A model generated the notes under the pieces. The model was not told where the DNA came from. It saw nothing but the letters and a program-made list of their open reading frames with translations, and made no database searches. 64,000 nucleotides of DNA from Eledone cirrhosa (taxonomy: Eukaryota), in the NCBI GenBank assembly GCA_964016885.1, contig OZ024742.1, forward strand, positions 286,440,001 through 286,504,000, read 5' to 3'. Position 1 is the stretch's first letter, and every line of letters begins with the position of its first letter. Both the position numbers and the translations under genes were made by a program. Shown piece after piece: positions 1 through 13,145 of the stretch.

Positions 1-1051
1 CTGACGGTTGATTTTGCCCGTAATAAGAACAGTTTCTGTGAAATAAGTATAGATTTATAAAGTGCATCAGTGTGCATAACTTAATTTAAAATGGCAGAAG
101 AAATAACTGTTTGTATTTGTTTTTTCTCCTCCATGAAAATGGTTCAGTTGGACCGACCAGAATAAACTGCCTTTAGCAAATATGGAACCAAAAGAGGTAA
201 AATACTTGTAGCTCAAATACTTCTACTGCCAAAATTGAAGAGACTTATTGTTGGAATTGAAGTTATGTGTAATAGAACGCTGTATACGTGGTCATAACAA
301 TTCGAAACATGGCGGAGATGTTGGCAAGCATCATCCATGAATCAGCGATCTGGAATATAAATAAAACTTGCCACTGAAATAAACGTAAAAGGTAAGTTAT
401 AAGAAATAGCATCGTTGCTACTATATTCCTGTGAATCATGGAGGGTGACAATACCTATCACCAAAGCTATAGGATACTAAGAAGGATAAAACAAAATATC
501 AAACCTCTGTCCAGGAGAAGTCTTGTACTCTCAGCCGTTTAACGTCACAGAAACCTGGAAAAGCACCGGTTTGATGAACCTCCGGGCTCGAGAGAGACTT
601 TGGACTACCCACGCACTTTTCAGGGCCTCCTTGACTTGAGCCAAAAAGTTCATTTATTCTCAAACAGAAGACGTAATCAGAATGTTTGCAACATAATGGA
701 CATCATATCAGGTACCCAAGGTACAGCCAGATTCTGGTGACGCAAAACCAGATGATGGATAAGATTTACCTCCCAAGAACAGATGCAATGTAATGCAAGT
801 GGAAGCTAAATTTGAACGATTCAAGAATTCAATAAAAAAATTGTTGAGAATGTGGCAGTGTTGATAAAGTAGCGTCATTAATACATCCTGTCTTGTTTGA
901 AGAAAATAATTGGACGAGAATATACTGAACAACAAATAACTAACAAGGACGAAGCCGGATTGCTTTAGTAAAGAATGCCTTCAGCAAGTTATGTTTATAT
1001 GTTTGAAAAATCTCAAAAAGGATATAATTTTTTTATACGCATAGTATAGGG

Positions 1052-1393
1052 CAGAGGTTCTCAAAGTGGGTACTACCCCCCCCCCTCCAGGTGGGGCGTT
1101 GAGAAGGTCCAGGGGAGGCTGGGGCCTAAGGGGGTGATGGGGGTAGAGATGATATAATAGTATATTTGATATCAAATGATATATATTATATATAAATATA
1201 GTAAAATAAAAGATATATAATATATTTTTATACATAGCATATATTATATTATTTATTATATATAAATTAACGATTTTATTTATTATATATTATTTACAAT
1301 TTGCGTGTAGGCAGATCTCTCTAGGCATAGGGGGGCACTGAGGGTTTTACGTGGCCGTAAGTGGGAGTGGCCCAAAAAGTTTGAGAACCTCTG
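1052..1393. mobile_element. Non-autonomous hAT (Charlie-like) MITE
   Basis: TIRs CAGAGGTTCTCAAA (from 1052) and TTTGAGAACCTCTG (to 1393); identical 8-bp TSD GTATAGGG at 1044-1051 and 1394-1401. Confidence 0.88.
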
Positions 1394-1729
1394 GTATAGG
1401 GTTAGGAATCAAATTCCCAACGATCAAGGGCTCAGCGCCTTAACTACGGAGACTACATCATCCAATGTATTCTTCGTTTTGTGAAGTAGATGGTGTTCAA
1501 CATATCCGCTACTAAATTATAATAGTTTACTTCGGTAAAACCATTTAACATAATATCCGGTATTAACTGTTTTAATACTAACTGTCTGAAACATTATCTG
1601 GGGCTCTTATACAAATCTGTTTATGGTAAAATGCTTATATTCATCTAAAACCTTTCCATCGTAGTTTTATGTAAGAAGCATTTTTTTTATTAAGCTCTAC
1701 TCCAAACAACAGCTTAATGATGTAAGCGT

Positions 1730-1815
1730 TACCGCGAGATGGGGTGGCTGTTGCAGCAGGTGTCGCTAGCCATTGTCCACGGGAATGCTTTTGCGGTCTT
1801 GTCCGCGGGGCACAG
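1730..1815 (+). pseudogene. C-terminal remnant of a CRE-like (restriction-like endonuclease) non-LTR retrotransposon ORF
   Basis: Translates REMGWLLQQVSLAIVHGNAFAVL, resembling the CRE RLE C-terminal pattern E..WL.QR.S.A..RGNA. Confidence 0.5.
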
Positions 1816-2174
1816 CCCCATTACCGCCGCGCCCAATCATTCTCCCCCTCCCCACTTTTCTGTGACTCTAGAGTCCTTGATATTCCCTCCCTTTTCCGGT
1901 TTTTTTCTTTATATTTTCCTATTTTATATTCCATTCTTTCTTCCCAATCTAACTTTTCTTTTATTGTTCTATTAAACTGTATTTACATGATATATTCCAT
2001 AAATTTTACTTAATCCTTTTCAATTTTTGATTATTTTGAAAATTATTTGAAATACATTTAATAGAAATATGATAAAGAATGGGTTACAACCCTTGTATTT
2101 AACTGAAATCCTTCTCGTATCAACATTTTGTTGTTGTTGTTGTTGTTGTTGTTTTTGTGGGGGGGGGGGGGGGT

Positions 2175-2317
2175 GATCGACTAAATCGACCTCAATACGT
2201 TACTGGTATTTTATTTTAGCGACACTGTGAGGATGAAAGTCAAAACTAACCTCGGCGGGGTTTGAAATCAAAACGTAACGGAATGTAACTATGTACCGCG
2301 AACTCTATCCACCGCCC
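2175..2317 (-). mobile_element. Degenerate tRNA-derived SINE (Nin/Deu-domain-like family)
   Basis: Similar to the family at 9777-10154 (tactggta..ttatttt..ggatgaaag..aacctcggcggg.tttgaa). Confidence 0.6.
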
Positions 2318-2459
2318 TTGATGACACATTAAAAATTAATAAATAAACTATTAATTATCTTTTACTGTTATATTTGGGGAGGGTCATGTTGTCTTAATAT
2401 TGCCAAAAAATAGAAAAATACACTCACTCTTCGGTTTGGTTGTTTTCACTTCAGTTTCA

Positions 2460-2544
<85 letters not shown>

Positions 2545-3077
2545 TATTTTCTTAATATATATTTCCATAAATAATTTAGCTGGCAACAATCAATCAATGT
2601 TGTCCAATAGTTAAAATTAGAAATTGAAAAAAAATTCTCAAAGTTCTTTCGTGACACATGTCTGTGGCATCAATGATAATCGCTGTTTCCTCCCGTTGTT
2701 TCTATTACGTTTTTTTGTTTGTCCCTGTTTGCGCATGCGTTTGTGTGCGTGTATTATGTTTGGTGTGTGCTCGTGTGTTTATGTCTGAGTCTGCGAGTGT
2801 TTATGTGTTTATATATTTGGTCACTAGTGTGTTTGTATCATACGTCACCGGGTCACGTGTTTAATTGTACGCAGAGTTGTCAGATCTTAAATATATTTCA
2901 GTTGAAATATTCTTAAAATCTAATCCGATTTGTTGCGACACACCTATAGATTATCAGTGACACACTAAAGTGTTGTGTCAGTTTAGAAATCTTTGTTTTA
3001 GATAACTAATATTTTAAACAAGCTCTTAGTTAGTGAGGGACAACGTTTTTGTTAATGGCAATTGTACAGAGTAACAT

Positions 3078-3235
3078 TAATGATGATGATGTGGGATGTT
3101 ATGGTGATGGTGATGATGATGATGGTTGATGCTTATCACTAGAACGATTATGATGGTCATAATGATGATAATCATTGTCATCATAATCCTCGCCATCTTC
3201 ATCATCGCCACCATTATTGCTGTGACCATCAGCGC

Positions 3236-3278
<43 letters not shown>

Positions 3279-3292
3279 TTCATTACCACCAT
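3078..3292. repeat. (GAT/CAT)n trinucleotide microsatellite
   Basis: Visible tandem CAT and GAT runs. Confidence 0.85.
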
Positions 3293-4241
3293 CTAAATGC
3301 CATCAAATTCTTTTTCTGCCATCTATTTTATATTGAAGGGAGGTAGGTCTGAGTGGAGCGTCCTTACCTACTGATGAACGTATAGGGGGCCCGCCCTGTC
3401 ACAGTGTTTCTTGGGTATTTGAAACCTAATGTAGAGCCCATCTTTCTACAGCATCTTACTTTACAATTCAGAAAAAAAACCTTTGTTTATTAGTTTAGGG
3501 GAAGTTTTAAAATTTACTGATATAAGGATCAAGAAATTAGCGGTAATTATTTTCTCAACTTTCAAAGTGTGAACGGTGAAGTTGATCGACGATTTGAACT
3601 GACAGATCAGAGAACCGGAACGAATACCTCAAAGCATTCTATCTGCCGTTCTAACGATTCTACCAATTCACCGCCTTGTTTATAAGTTTAGAGGCAGTTT
3701 AAGGATTTCTTGATCCTTAGATCAGAAAATTAACAGTATAGCTTAAATCAACTTTTAAGGGATGAATAGCAAAGTTGATCGGCGATTTGATCTGAGAACA
3801 CGGAGTGTCAGGTCAGAACTAAACAAACATCTGCTTTTTCTGCTAATCACATAACTCTTCTATTATAATTATCATTTCCATTAAAAATATTTGGGGCGGG
3901 GTGACATAGGAATGTTTGCATGATAGACACACACTCACATACGCACACACCATATGTTCTGTGTATGTGTATATATGTGTACGCATGTATCTGTGTATGT
4001 ATGTATATAAATGCGTACGTATGTATATATATATATGCCCATGTTTGTGTATTTATATGCATATATGTATGTATATGTGCGCACATCTATATATATATAC
4101 ATGTTTGTCTGTATATGTGTGTGAGGGATGTTTGTGAGTATATATGTGTGTATATATATATATGTATATATCTCTCTATATATATATATATACATATATA
4201 AACGCACATACATACATATATAAACGCACACATATGTTGTG

Positions 4242-4306
<65 letters not shown>

Positions 4307-4562
4307 CTATCTATGTGTACGCATATGTGTGTGTGAGTACGTATATATGTGTGTGTATTTATATGCGTGTATATATATATATGTATATATATATATATGT
4401 GTGTGTGTGTGAATGAGTGTGTGTGTGTTTGAGCATACGTGTGGGAGTGTTTGTGTATGTGTATAAATATATACATACACACGTGCATACATAAGATAAT
4501 TTCTAATTGAAATTGTGAAGTAAAGATTTCAAATATTTTCTCACACTTAGTATTACAATCTC

Positions 4563-4730
4563 CTCACCACTACCACCACCACCGCCTCCACCATCACCAC
4601 CATCACCACCACCACCATCACCACCCACTACCACCACCACCACCACCTCCACCGTAACCACTACCACCACCACCCCCACCACCACCTCCACCACCACTAC
4701 CACCATACCACCAACACCACACCCACCCCC
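4563..4730. repeat. (CAC)n-type microsatellite
   Basis: Imperfect CAC/CAT/TAC tandem run. Confidence 0.85.
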
Positions 4731-5657
4731 ATTGCTACAATTATTCTTAAATATAAAAATATTCCAGATAACCCTCACTCCCGACATTCCTTACGTGTCT
4801 CACTAATGGGCCATTTCTTGAGGAAGTTATCTCCCTTATATATCTTCTCCACAATGAGGTTTGAATATATAACGACATAATGATAAGCACTGAGAAACTT
4901 ACATATACATACATATAGATATATACGCATAGATATACATACACACACATATACATACACACACATGCATATATACACATGGACATACATACAGACACAT
5001 ATATACGCATATATGCATACATACATATTGACATACATACTCACACATGCATAAATATACGTATATACACAGACATAAGTAGACACACATACATACACAA
5101 ACATACACACTCATATTCATATATACACATCGACATACATACATGTATACACACACATGCATAAACATATGTACATACACTCAGACATAAGCAGACACAC
5201 ATGCATAAACATACATGCGTATATATATATATATACATGGACATACATACACACACACATGCATATACATACATGTCCATGAGTATGTATATGTGTATGC
5301 ATGTGTTTACGTATATGTGTGTGTGTGTGTGTATGTGCACCTGCTTATGTCTGTATGCATGTATGTATATACATGTGTGTGTATATACATGTGTGTGTGT
5401 ATCCATGTATAAATATGCATATGTGTGTATGCATGTGTCTACCTGTGTAAGTAAGGGAACATACACACATACACACACACACACACAGATATACGTAGAC
5501 GCACATGCATACATATATACACATACACACAGACACACATGCATACATATATATATATACACACACTCAACACACAAGCATGTCAAACCCAAATACTATT
5601 CTCACTCCAGCTCCTAATGTTGAACGATCCCTATCACCTCAGCCCCTCACCCTCTTC

Positions 5658-5742
<85 letters not shown>

Positions 5743-5784
5743 ACACACACATTCTATCTCTCTCTCTCTATATATATATATATA

Positions 5785-5824
<40 letters not shown>

Positions 5825-5954
5825 AGGTGCATTATTGGTTGTGTAAAATGGTCCAATAACTTTATGTTAGCAATATTAAGTTCTCCGCGCTTTTGTATAT
5901 CTCCAATTCCATTCAAGGCAACAGCTAGATGATGTAAAACGGAGTATAAGTATC

Positions 5955-6326
5955 AAAATGAAAGTCCGAAGGCGTGGTAAAATTCCAATCATTTAATCAC
6001 GACACATGTTTCAATAAGAGATAGATCGATTGTGAAGCCATGATCGATTATCACTGAGCTCATCAGGTGAAAATGAATTGTCTTCAAATTCTTGATAAAA
6101 GGGAGAAAAATAACGATGTTCTCTCACAAAATTCATTCCCTCATATGAATTCTGTGAGAGAACATCGTTATTTTTATCCCTCATATCAAGAATTTAAAGA
6201 TAATTCATTTTCACCTGATGAGCTCAGTGATAATCGATCATGGGTTCACAATCGATCTATCTCTTATTGAAACATGTGTCGTGATTAAATGATTGGAATT
6301 TTACCTTGCCTTCGGATTTTCATTTT
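5955..6326. mobile_element. Fold-back (palindromic) Penelope-like pLTR fragment with an HHR in each arm
   Basis: Long inverted repeat centred near 6140; the island lies between (TA)n tracts. Confidence 0.75.
6211..6284 (+). ncRNA. Type I hammerhead ribozyme (inverted copy at 5997-6070, - strand)
   Basis: TCAC-CTGATGA-long stem II (gata/atcgat...atcgat/tatc)-GAAA-CATGT-GTC-GTGA; stem I TCAC/GTGA, minimal stem III, GUC site. Confidence 0.75.
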
Positions 6327-6349
6327 TATATATATATATATCTATATAA

Positions 6350-6380
<31 letters not shown>

Positions 6381-6452
6381 AATGAAGTAATTCCGTCGGA
6401 AAAGTCCAGGAAAAAAGAGTGCTCTATGTAGGTAACAGAGCTTAATAGTTAT

Positions 6453-6731
6453 GTAATAAACAACATAAGGCAATTATTCCATTTACCAGTGGTTTCTTAA
6501 AAGCAAAAAATGTTGCTTTCAATCATCAGAATTAAAAAATCGTGGTGTATTTATTGATATTGGATACTTCTTCCTTCTCCAGCCTCACTTTCATATAGAT
6601 TGCATTTTTGTTTTTAGAATCCAATATCAATAAATACACCAGGATTTTTTCATTCTGATGATTGAAAGCAAAATTTTTTGCTTTTAAGAAACCACTGGTA
6701 AATGGAATAATTGCCTTATGTTGTTTATTAC
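6453..6731. mobile_element. Second fold-back Penelope-like pLTR fragment with HHRs
   Basis: Inverted arms ~6453-6564 and ~6619-6731, followed by (TA)n. Confidence 0.75.
6649..6706 (+). ncRNA. Type I hammerhead ribozyme (inverted copy ~6478-6535, - strand)
   Basis: TTCATT-CTGATGA-TTGAAAGCAA..TTGCTTTTAA (stem II)-GAAA-CCACTG-GTA-AATGGA; all three stems pair, GUA site. Confidence 0.85.
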
Positions 6732-6759
6732 CTAAATATATATATATATATACATATAT

Positions 6760-6832
<73 letters not shown>

Positions 6833-6996
6833 TATATATATTGACAAGGTTATAGGAAATATTTGCCATAAACCAGTTTGTCCACAATTACTCAATCAAT
6901 GAAATATGGTTTGAACGTGTCTCGAGCAATTCTTGTCTCCGAGTGCTAACCAAGTGTATATTCGCAATATCTCTCCTCCCTCTCTCTCTATATATA

Positions 6997-7035
<39 letters not shown>

Positions 7036-7282
7036 GCGTGCGTGTGTGTGTACATATATATATATATATATATATGTATGTATATAGGATAACGAGATAT
7101 CGTTTAACGTAATCCAGGTAGAAGTTATGAGTACTCTGTATCGAGGATAGTTTTAACGTACGGCGTGGTTTTGACTCAACAAGAAGTTTCCTTAGTCGGG
7201 TGGCCGGTTTAAGAAAGTTCCTAGGCAGGCGCTACTTGGCGGTTATATGTATGTATATATACACATTCATATATACTTGCTG

Positions 7283-7313
<31 letters not shown>

Positions 7314-7358
7314 GTGACGAAACATAAGTCAATTGCATGAACTCATAATCCTTTATTT

Positions 7359-7414
7359 ACTGCTATATATATTTCGATGATAGCCATTGAATGGATGTGA
7401 CCTCATCAGGCAGT
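7359..7414 (-). ncRNA. Type I hammerhead ribozyme of a Penelope-like pLTR
   Basis: Minus strand ACTGC-CTGATGA-GGTCAC...-GAAA-TATAT-ATA-GCAGT then AATAAA; same family as 35147-35201. Confidence 0.75.
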
Positions 7415-7477
7415 TAGTCAGTTCTTAGATATGCCAACTCTGTGTTTATAGTGTTGATGGTATCAGAGCCTTGGGAC

Positions 7478-7621
<144 letters not shown>

Positions 7622-7824
7622 CAAAGAGGGTGTGGTAAGATACCATGTGAACCATAACGCACCAGAGTATACTTAGGGTAGTAGAGTGGGTAATAGGATG
7701 AGAGTCACACTTATATATATATATATATATATAACCAAAGATTAGTATGGTTCGTTGATTACTCAATGAATACAATTTTACAATAGATTAGAAGCACTCA
7801 ACTGTAAAAGATTTCCTGGAGTTT

Positions 7825-8136
7825 TATATTATTCAAAATATTAACAAATGAAAAATATTCTCATAATCAAAATATATACTTTATTATATATATTTCAAAG
7901 GTACTGTGTTATTTTTTCAGTACGTCCTCATCAGACAAAATATATGATTTGATTATTCAATTTCAGTATTGCCAATACTGGAATTGAATAATCAAGACCG
8001 TAGCGGTATGTCATATATCAAATCATATATTTTGTCTGATGAGGACGTACTGAAAAAACAACACAGTACCTTTGAAATATATATAATAAAGTATATATTT
8101 TGATTATGACAATATTTTTCATTTGTTAATATTTTG

Positions 8137-8143
<7 letters not shown>
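7825..8143. mobile_element. Third fold-back Penelope-like pLTR fragment with HHRs
   Basis: Inverted arms ~7825-7952 and ~8017-8143, ending in (TA)n. Confidence 0.75.
8031..8090 (+). ncRNA. Type I hammerhead ribozyme (inverted copy 7880-7939, - strand)
   Basis: TTTGT-CTGATGA-GGAC GTACTG...CAGTAC CTTT-GAAA-TATAT-ATA-ATAAA; stem I TTTGT/ATAAA includes one G-U pair. Confidence 0.7.
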
Positions 8144-8223
<80 letters not shown>

Positions 8224-9061
8224 TGAGTAGCAACGAAAGAAAAATCAATCTATATTTATATTTATTTTAACTTATCTCCCAGCGGTTTCAGGATGTAAAC
8301 ACGTCTATTACATCAGATGCATTATATCTATATAATTCATACAGTATCAAACGGTAAGAAGGTAGAGATAGGGGTTGGCAGGAATGGGTGATCCATAAGT
8401 GCGCCAAAAAATGGGTGATACATAAGATGTGACATAAAGACGAAACCCGAACAGAAACAAACAAAGTCCGCTCATCAGCTCTCAATTTCGGGACATTTAA
8501 GGTGTTTTTAATGTTTGAGGTAATAACGATTTCTTACGTAGACACAACGCCAACCATTTTAGGGTAGGAGAATGTCGATTAGATTCACCCAGTTCATGAC
8601 TGGAACTTTATTTCATCGATTCCGTAAGGATGAAAGGCAAAGCTCACCTCGGCAGGATTTGAACTCCGAACATAAAGAGTAACTATATGTCAGAAAGCTA
8701 AAATAACTGCTGCAGTAACAAATCAGAATAATTTAAACAATGCCCGGGAATTGTAAAGCAATATCTAGTGTAGAGTTCGATCGACAAGTGCCCAAACCTC
8801 ATTCAATTACTGTGGAGGGGGGACTGGTCAAATCGGGCCATGGAAACACTGTTTCCATTGATCATACTATTGCTGATACTATCTGCCTGACCCAACTTCT
8901 GACAGAAGAAAATGTATCTAAAACGCACAAGAATTATTTTGTTAAAGAAATCATATAGTCCATATTATATAGTCTTACTGCAGCGGTCCTACCTTCCCTG
9001 TAAAGGTAACAGCTCTGTCTTTTTGCGACACCCTTAAGCTAGGAACTTTTCAGCGCCCTGT

Positions 9062-9133
<72 letters not shown>

Positions 9134-9342
9134 GCCGAAAGAACTTTGATAGACTGTATATATATATTTACATCTGTAATTTTAACCGTTGGTCAATCAA
9201 TGATAAACATTGATAGCCAGATAAATTAACTATGGAGATATAAAAGATACAGAGGCGAAAACCAACCCAAACCAAACAGTGAGTGTGTTCTGTTATTATT
9301 TCTGGTAATATTATGACAATATGACCCTCCCCAAGTATAACA

Positions 9343-9373
<31 letters not shown>

Positions 9374-9776
9374 ACTGTTTATAGAGATCAACTATTATCA
9401 TAGTTACTTCCGTTGGGACAACTACAATTCAAATTTCAAATTTTCCAAATACTTCTAAAGTCAACTAGCTTTTTTTTCTTAATGAAATATTTACATTTAT
9501 TTATATATTTTGATATATTTTATACATGTATTTATTTACTTCAAGTCAAGCCTATGTTCATAGACTGGTGAGATGTTATGAGTCATGACATTCCTCACAG
9601 TAAATTGTGCAAGGACGCTTCCTCTATAATCTATGACTGCAGTAGCCATTTAATTAACACCTGTCTAATATGTTCCGCTGGACATAGTAGTAACATGGCC
9701 GAACTGTTAACGAATACGGTTTGTTACGCACTCAACGTTCTCCGTTTGATTCCAGTCTAACATCCTCAATGGTTTC

Positions 9777-10154
9777 AATAATTGTTTCTACTTTTTGGCA
9801 CAAGGCCAGCAATTAACCCAGTGCATTACTGGTACTTTATTTTATCGACCCCCGTAAGGATGAAAGGCAAAGTTAACCTCGGCGGGATTTGAACTCAGAC
9901 TGGCAAAGGCCGTAACTCTATGCGTCAAAGCATGGCGTCCGACCCTCTACCGATACTGCCAACAATAATTGTTTCTACTTTAGGCACAAGGCCAGCAATT
10001 ATCCAGTGCATTACTGGTACTTTATTTTATCGACCCCGTAAGGATGAAAGGCAAAGTCAACATCGGCGGGATTTGAACTCAGATCGTAAAGGGACGTAAC
10101 TCTATGCGTCAAAGCATGGCGTCCGACCCTCCACCGATACTGCCAATCCACCGC
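9777..10154 (-). mobile_element. Two tandem tRNA-derived SINEs (Nin/Deu-domain-like)
   Basis: Minus strand A-box TGGCAGTATCGG, B-box GAGTTCAAATCCC, central GCCTTTCATCCT..GGGGTCGATAAAATAAAGTACCAG; >15 related copies in the window. Confidence 0.85.
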
Positions 10155-10265
10155 AACAATAATGTGAGCCAGAGATAAGTCGATTATATTGACGCTAGTA
10201 TTTCACTTGTACTTTATTTTTCTTCGGCAGCTAGCCTACTCATATGTTTATTGTATATAAACGTA

Positions 10266-10464
10266 TTATAGGAGAGTCGACATTAAAAGGTCATAGGCTG
10301 ACCACGATACTCTCATGGAATAACCAAATGAGGTTTATTTTTCAATATAGTCCCTAGAAAGAAACAGTACAGTTATTAATAAGAGTTAAAATAATGCATG
10401 TAAGATTTCACAGCTCTAGCATCACTCCTTCACAGTCAGCCTATGAACATTTCAGCCACCCTCG

Positions 10465-10466
<2 letters not shown>
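10266..10466. mobile_element. Mariner-type MITE remnant
   Basis: Right end GTCAGCCTATGAACATTTCAGCCACCCTCGTA; degenerate left end AAAAGGTCATAGGCTGAC. Confidence 0.5.
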
Positions 10467-10495
<29 letters not shown>

Positions 10496-10496
<1 letters not shown>

Positions 10497-10832
10497 TTTA
10501 TTAAAATAACAGATTAAAGTTTAAGCAAAGAATCGCTGCTTTCACCCTTAACGGGATCTTCTGAAACTAACAAAGTCAATCTGTAAACAGAAGTGGATAT
10601 TTCAAAAAACGTTGCTCCTATTAATGACGTATTATATTCGTTTTTCCCCGTTCTTTGCCAGGAAACGTTACCACGAACCAAAGTATCGTCTTCCTGTCTT
10701 CCTCCGGTTGCAATGTTTTTTGAAATATCCAGTTCTGCGTTTACAGATTGACTTTGTTAGTTTCAGAAGATCCCGTTAAGGGTGAAAGCAGCGATTCTTT
10801 GCTTAAACTTTAATCTGTTATTTTAATAAATA
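10496..10832. mobile_element. Fourth fold-back island with a variant HHR-like motif (10759-10809 +)
   Basis: Inverted arms ~10496-10614 and ~10710-10832; AGTTT-CAGAAGA-TCCC..GGGT-GAAA-GCA..TGC-TT-AAACT. Confidence 0.6.
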
Positions 10833-10940
10833 TTTGCTCTACGGTTCTTATATATTTGATATATATTTATCCTTATCAAGCCCTCTTTGGATTTTAGTCT
10901 TCAAATTTATTATTATTACTATATATATATATATATATAT

Positions 10941-11080
10941 AACGAAGGAGGTGTGGTAAGGAACCAGATGACCCATAAAGCACCAGAGTACTCAATACTT
11001 AGGGTAGTAGAGTGGGTACTAGTAGAATGTTTAACCCCGACGGCAGAGCTCAAGCCGTTTCGACGGCTCGTCGAAACGGC
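10941..11080 (-). mobile_element. Dispersed short element carrying the 3' half of an HHR (also at 7620-7705, 48944-49150, 51535-51620, 52013-52203, 61898-61951)
   Basis: Shared sequence gtggtaaggaaccagatg..cataacgcacc..agggtagtagagtgggtaa..ccccgacggc.gagctcaagccgtttcga; ends in a hairpin. Confidence 0.75.
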
Positions 11081-11141
11081 AAATCTCAATACCCGCATGC
11101 GCACTACTTCAGACATGGCACAAAATACAATTTCTCCCCTT

Positions 11142-11184
<43 letters not shown>

Positions 11185-11271
11185 CAGACAATATGCATAT
11201 ATATATATACGCACATATGTAAATGTATACACACACATACACAAAAACATACATATACACATATATGTGTG

Positions 11272-11337
<66 letters not shown>

Positions 11338-11383
11338 TATATATACATATATATACACATGTACATAGGTGTATATATATATA

Positions 11384-11430
<47 letters not shown>

Positions 11431-11610
11431 GTGTGAGTGTGTGTGTGTATATTATATATATATATATATATATATACATGTGTGTATGTGTGTGTCACAC
11501 GTATCCTAATGCATTCACGTATGAACACAATGGGAAAGAATGTAAACAAACACTTATAGAATCTTCCACACCTTCTGTGAAGAAGGAATGGGTGGGGGGT
11601 TGAAGGTCAA

Positions 11611-11978
11611 GATGGTGGTGGTTGTGGTTGTGGTGGTGAGGTGGCTGCGGTGGTGGTGGTGGTGGTTGTGGTGGCGGTGGTAGCTACGGTGGTGGTGGTG
11701 GTGGTAGTGGTAGTGGTGGTGAGGTGGTAGTGGTGGTGGTGGTTGTGGTGATGGTGGTGGTCAGGTGGTAGTGGTGGTGGTGGTTGTGGTGGCGGTGGTG
11801 GCTGCGGTGGTGGTGGTGGTGGTGGTGGTGGTGGTAGTTGTGGTGGTCGTGATGGTGGTAGTGGTGGTAGTGGTGTTGGTGGTGGTGGTGGTGGTGGTGG
11901 TGCTAGTATTTATGGTGATGGTAGTGGTGGTGGTGGTGGGAGTGGTGGTAGTGGTGGTAGTTATGTTGGTGGTGGTGT
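11611..11978. repeat. (GGT)n microsatellite
   Basis: Imperfect GTG tandem run; the poly-Val ORF is an artefact. Confidence 0.9.
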
Positions 11979-12117
11979 AGGGGGAAGACTATCACAACAC
12001 CTTACGTCAGTCTACTTCCATTTCATCTTGAACCAAGGAAATCTTGGCGGAACTGTTACTCACACATCATAATCACTCTCATGTGTATATAATATTTACG
12101 CGTACACACAAACACAA

Positions 12118-12224
<107 letters not shown>

Positions 12225-12416
12225 CTATTTCTCTCTCTCTCTGTGTTTACATATATATGCATTATACATATGTGTATATTATTCATACACATAGATAAAT
12301 GTATATGTATGTATAGATATATAGCTATGTGTGTATGTATATATATATATGTATGTATGTGTTTGCATATATGAATATATACGTATGTATTTATATATAT
12401 GAAGACGTATATATTC

Positions 12417-12598
<182 letters not shown>

Positions 12599-12602
12599 GT
12601 AC

Positions 12603-12633
<31 letters not shown>

Positions 12634-13145
12634 TGTAAGTGTGTGTATTATGTACACACATATAAACGTTGTTTATCAGTGGAGTCAAGTCCAACGTCTT
12701 ATGTCATTTAGGAGTAAAACCGTCGGTAGGGTGCGTACGGAGATCACTGACGAAAATGTTCCACGTACAAAAGGTGCGTTCAAGGTCGGAATAAGAGATG
12801 AGGTGTGGAATGGTATAATCCTTCAGTCAGCCCTCTCCTCTCTCTTTCTCTATCTCTTTCTCTCTCTCTCTCTCTCTCTCCCTCTCTCTCTCTGTCTATA
12901 TATCTATCTATCTGTCTGTTTATCTATCTATTTGTCTGTTTATCTATCTGTCTGTTTATCTATCTATCTATCTCGGAGAAGATAGACGTGTTTTTGTTTC
13001 GCTCCTGCATTTTGTCGGAATTATTACGAGAAGCGGTAGGTTTGTTTAAGCTACTTGTTATTTGTTGTGTTTAACCTCTCGCCTGGGCCTGCAGACGTTG
13101 GGTAAAATAAATTTCGCCACGGAATCAAAAGAAAATATTGTGGAA

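Noticed and set aside
480-960. Coding-like stretch, and similar ones at 8700-9060, 9570-9770 and 42030-42330
   Set aside because: Frames are interrupted or short and no family could be assigned confidently; probably old TE debris
3344-3428. Possible type III hammerhead (TAGGTC...CTGATGA...GAAACCTA)
   Set aside because: Stem III pairs, but stems I and II do not form convincingly next to the core
8270-8325. Minus-strand CTGATG...GAAACCGCTGG hammerhead-like remnant
   Set aside because: Core and cleavage triplet are defective; at best a decayed copy
9777-10154. tRNA genes suggested by A/B boxes
   Set aside because: No cloverleaf; the boxes belong to a multi-copy SINE head
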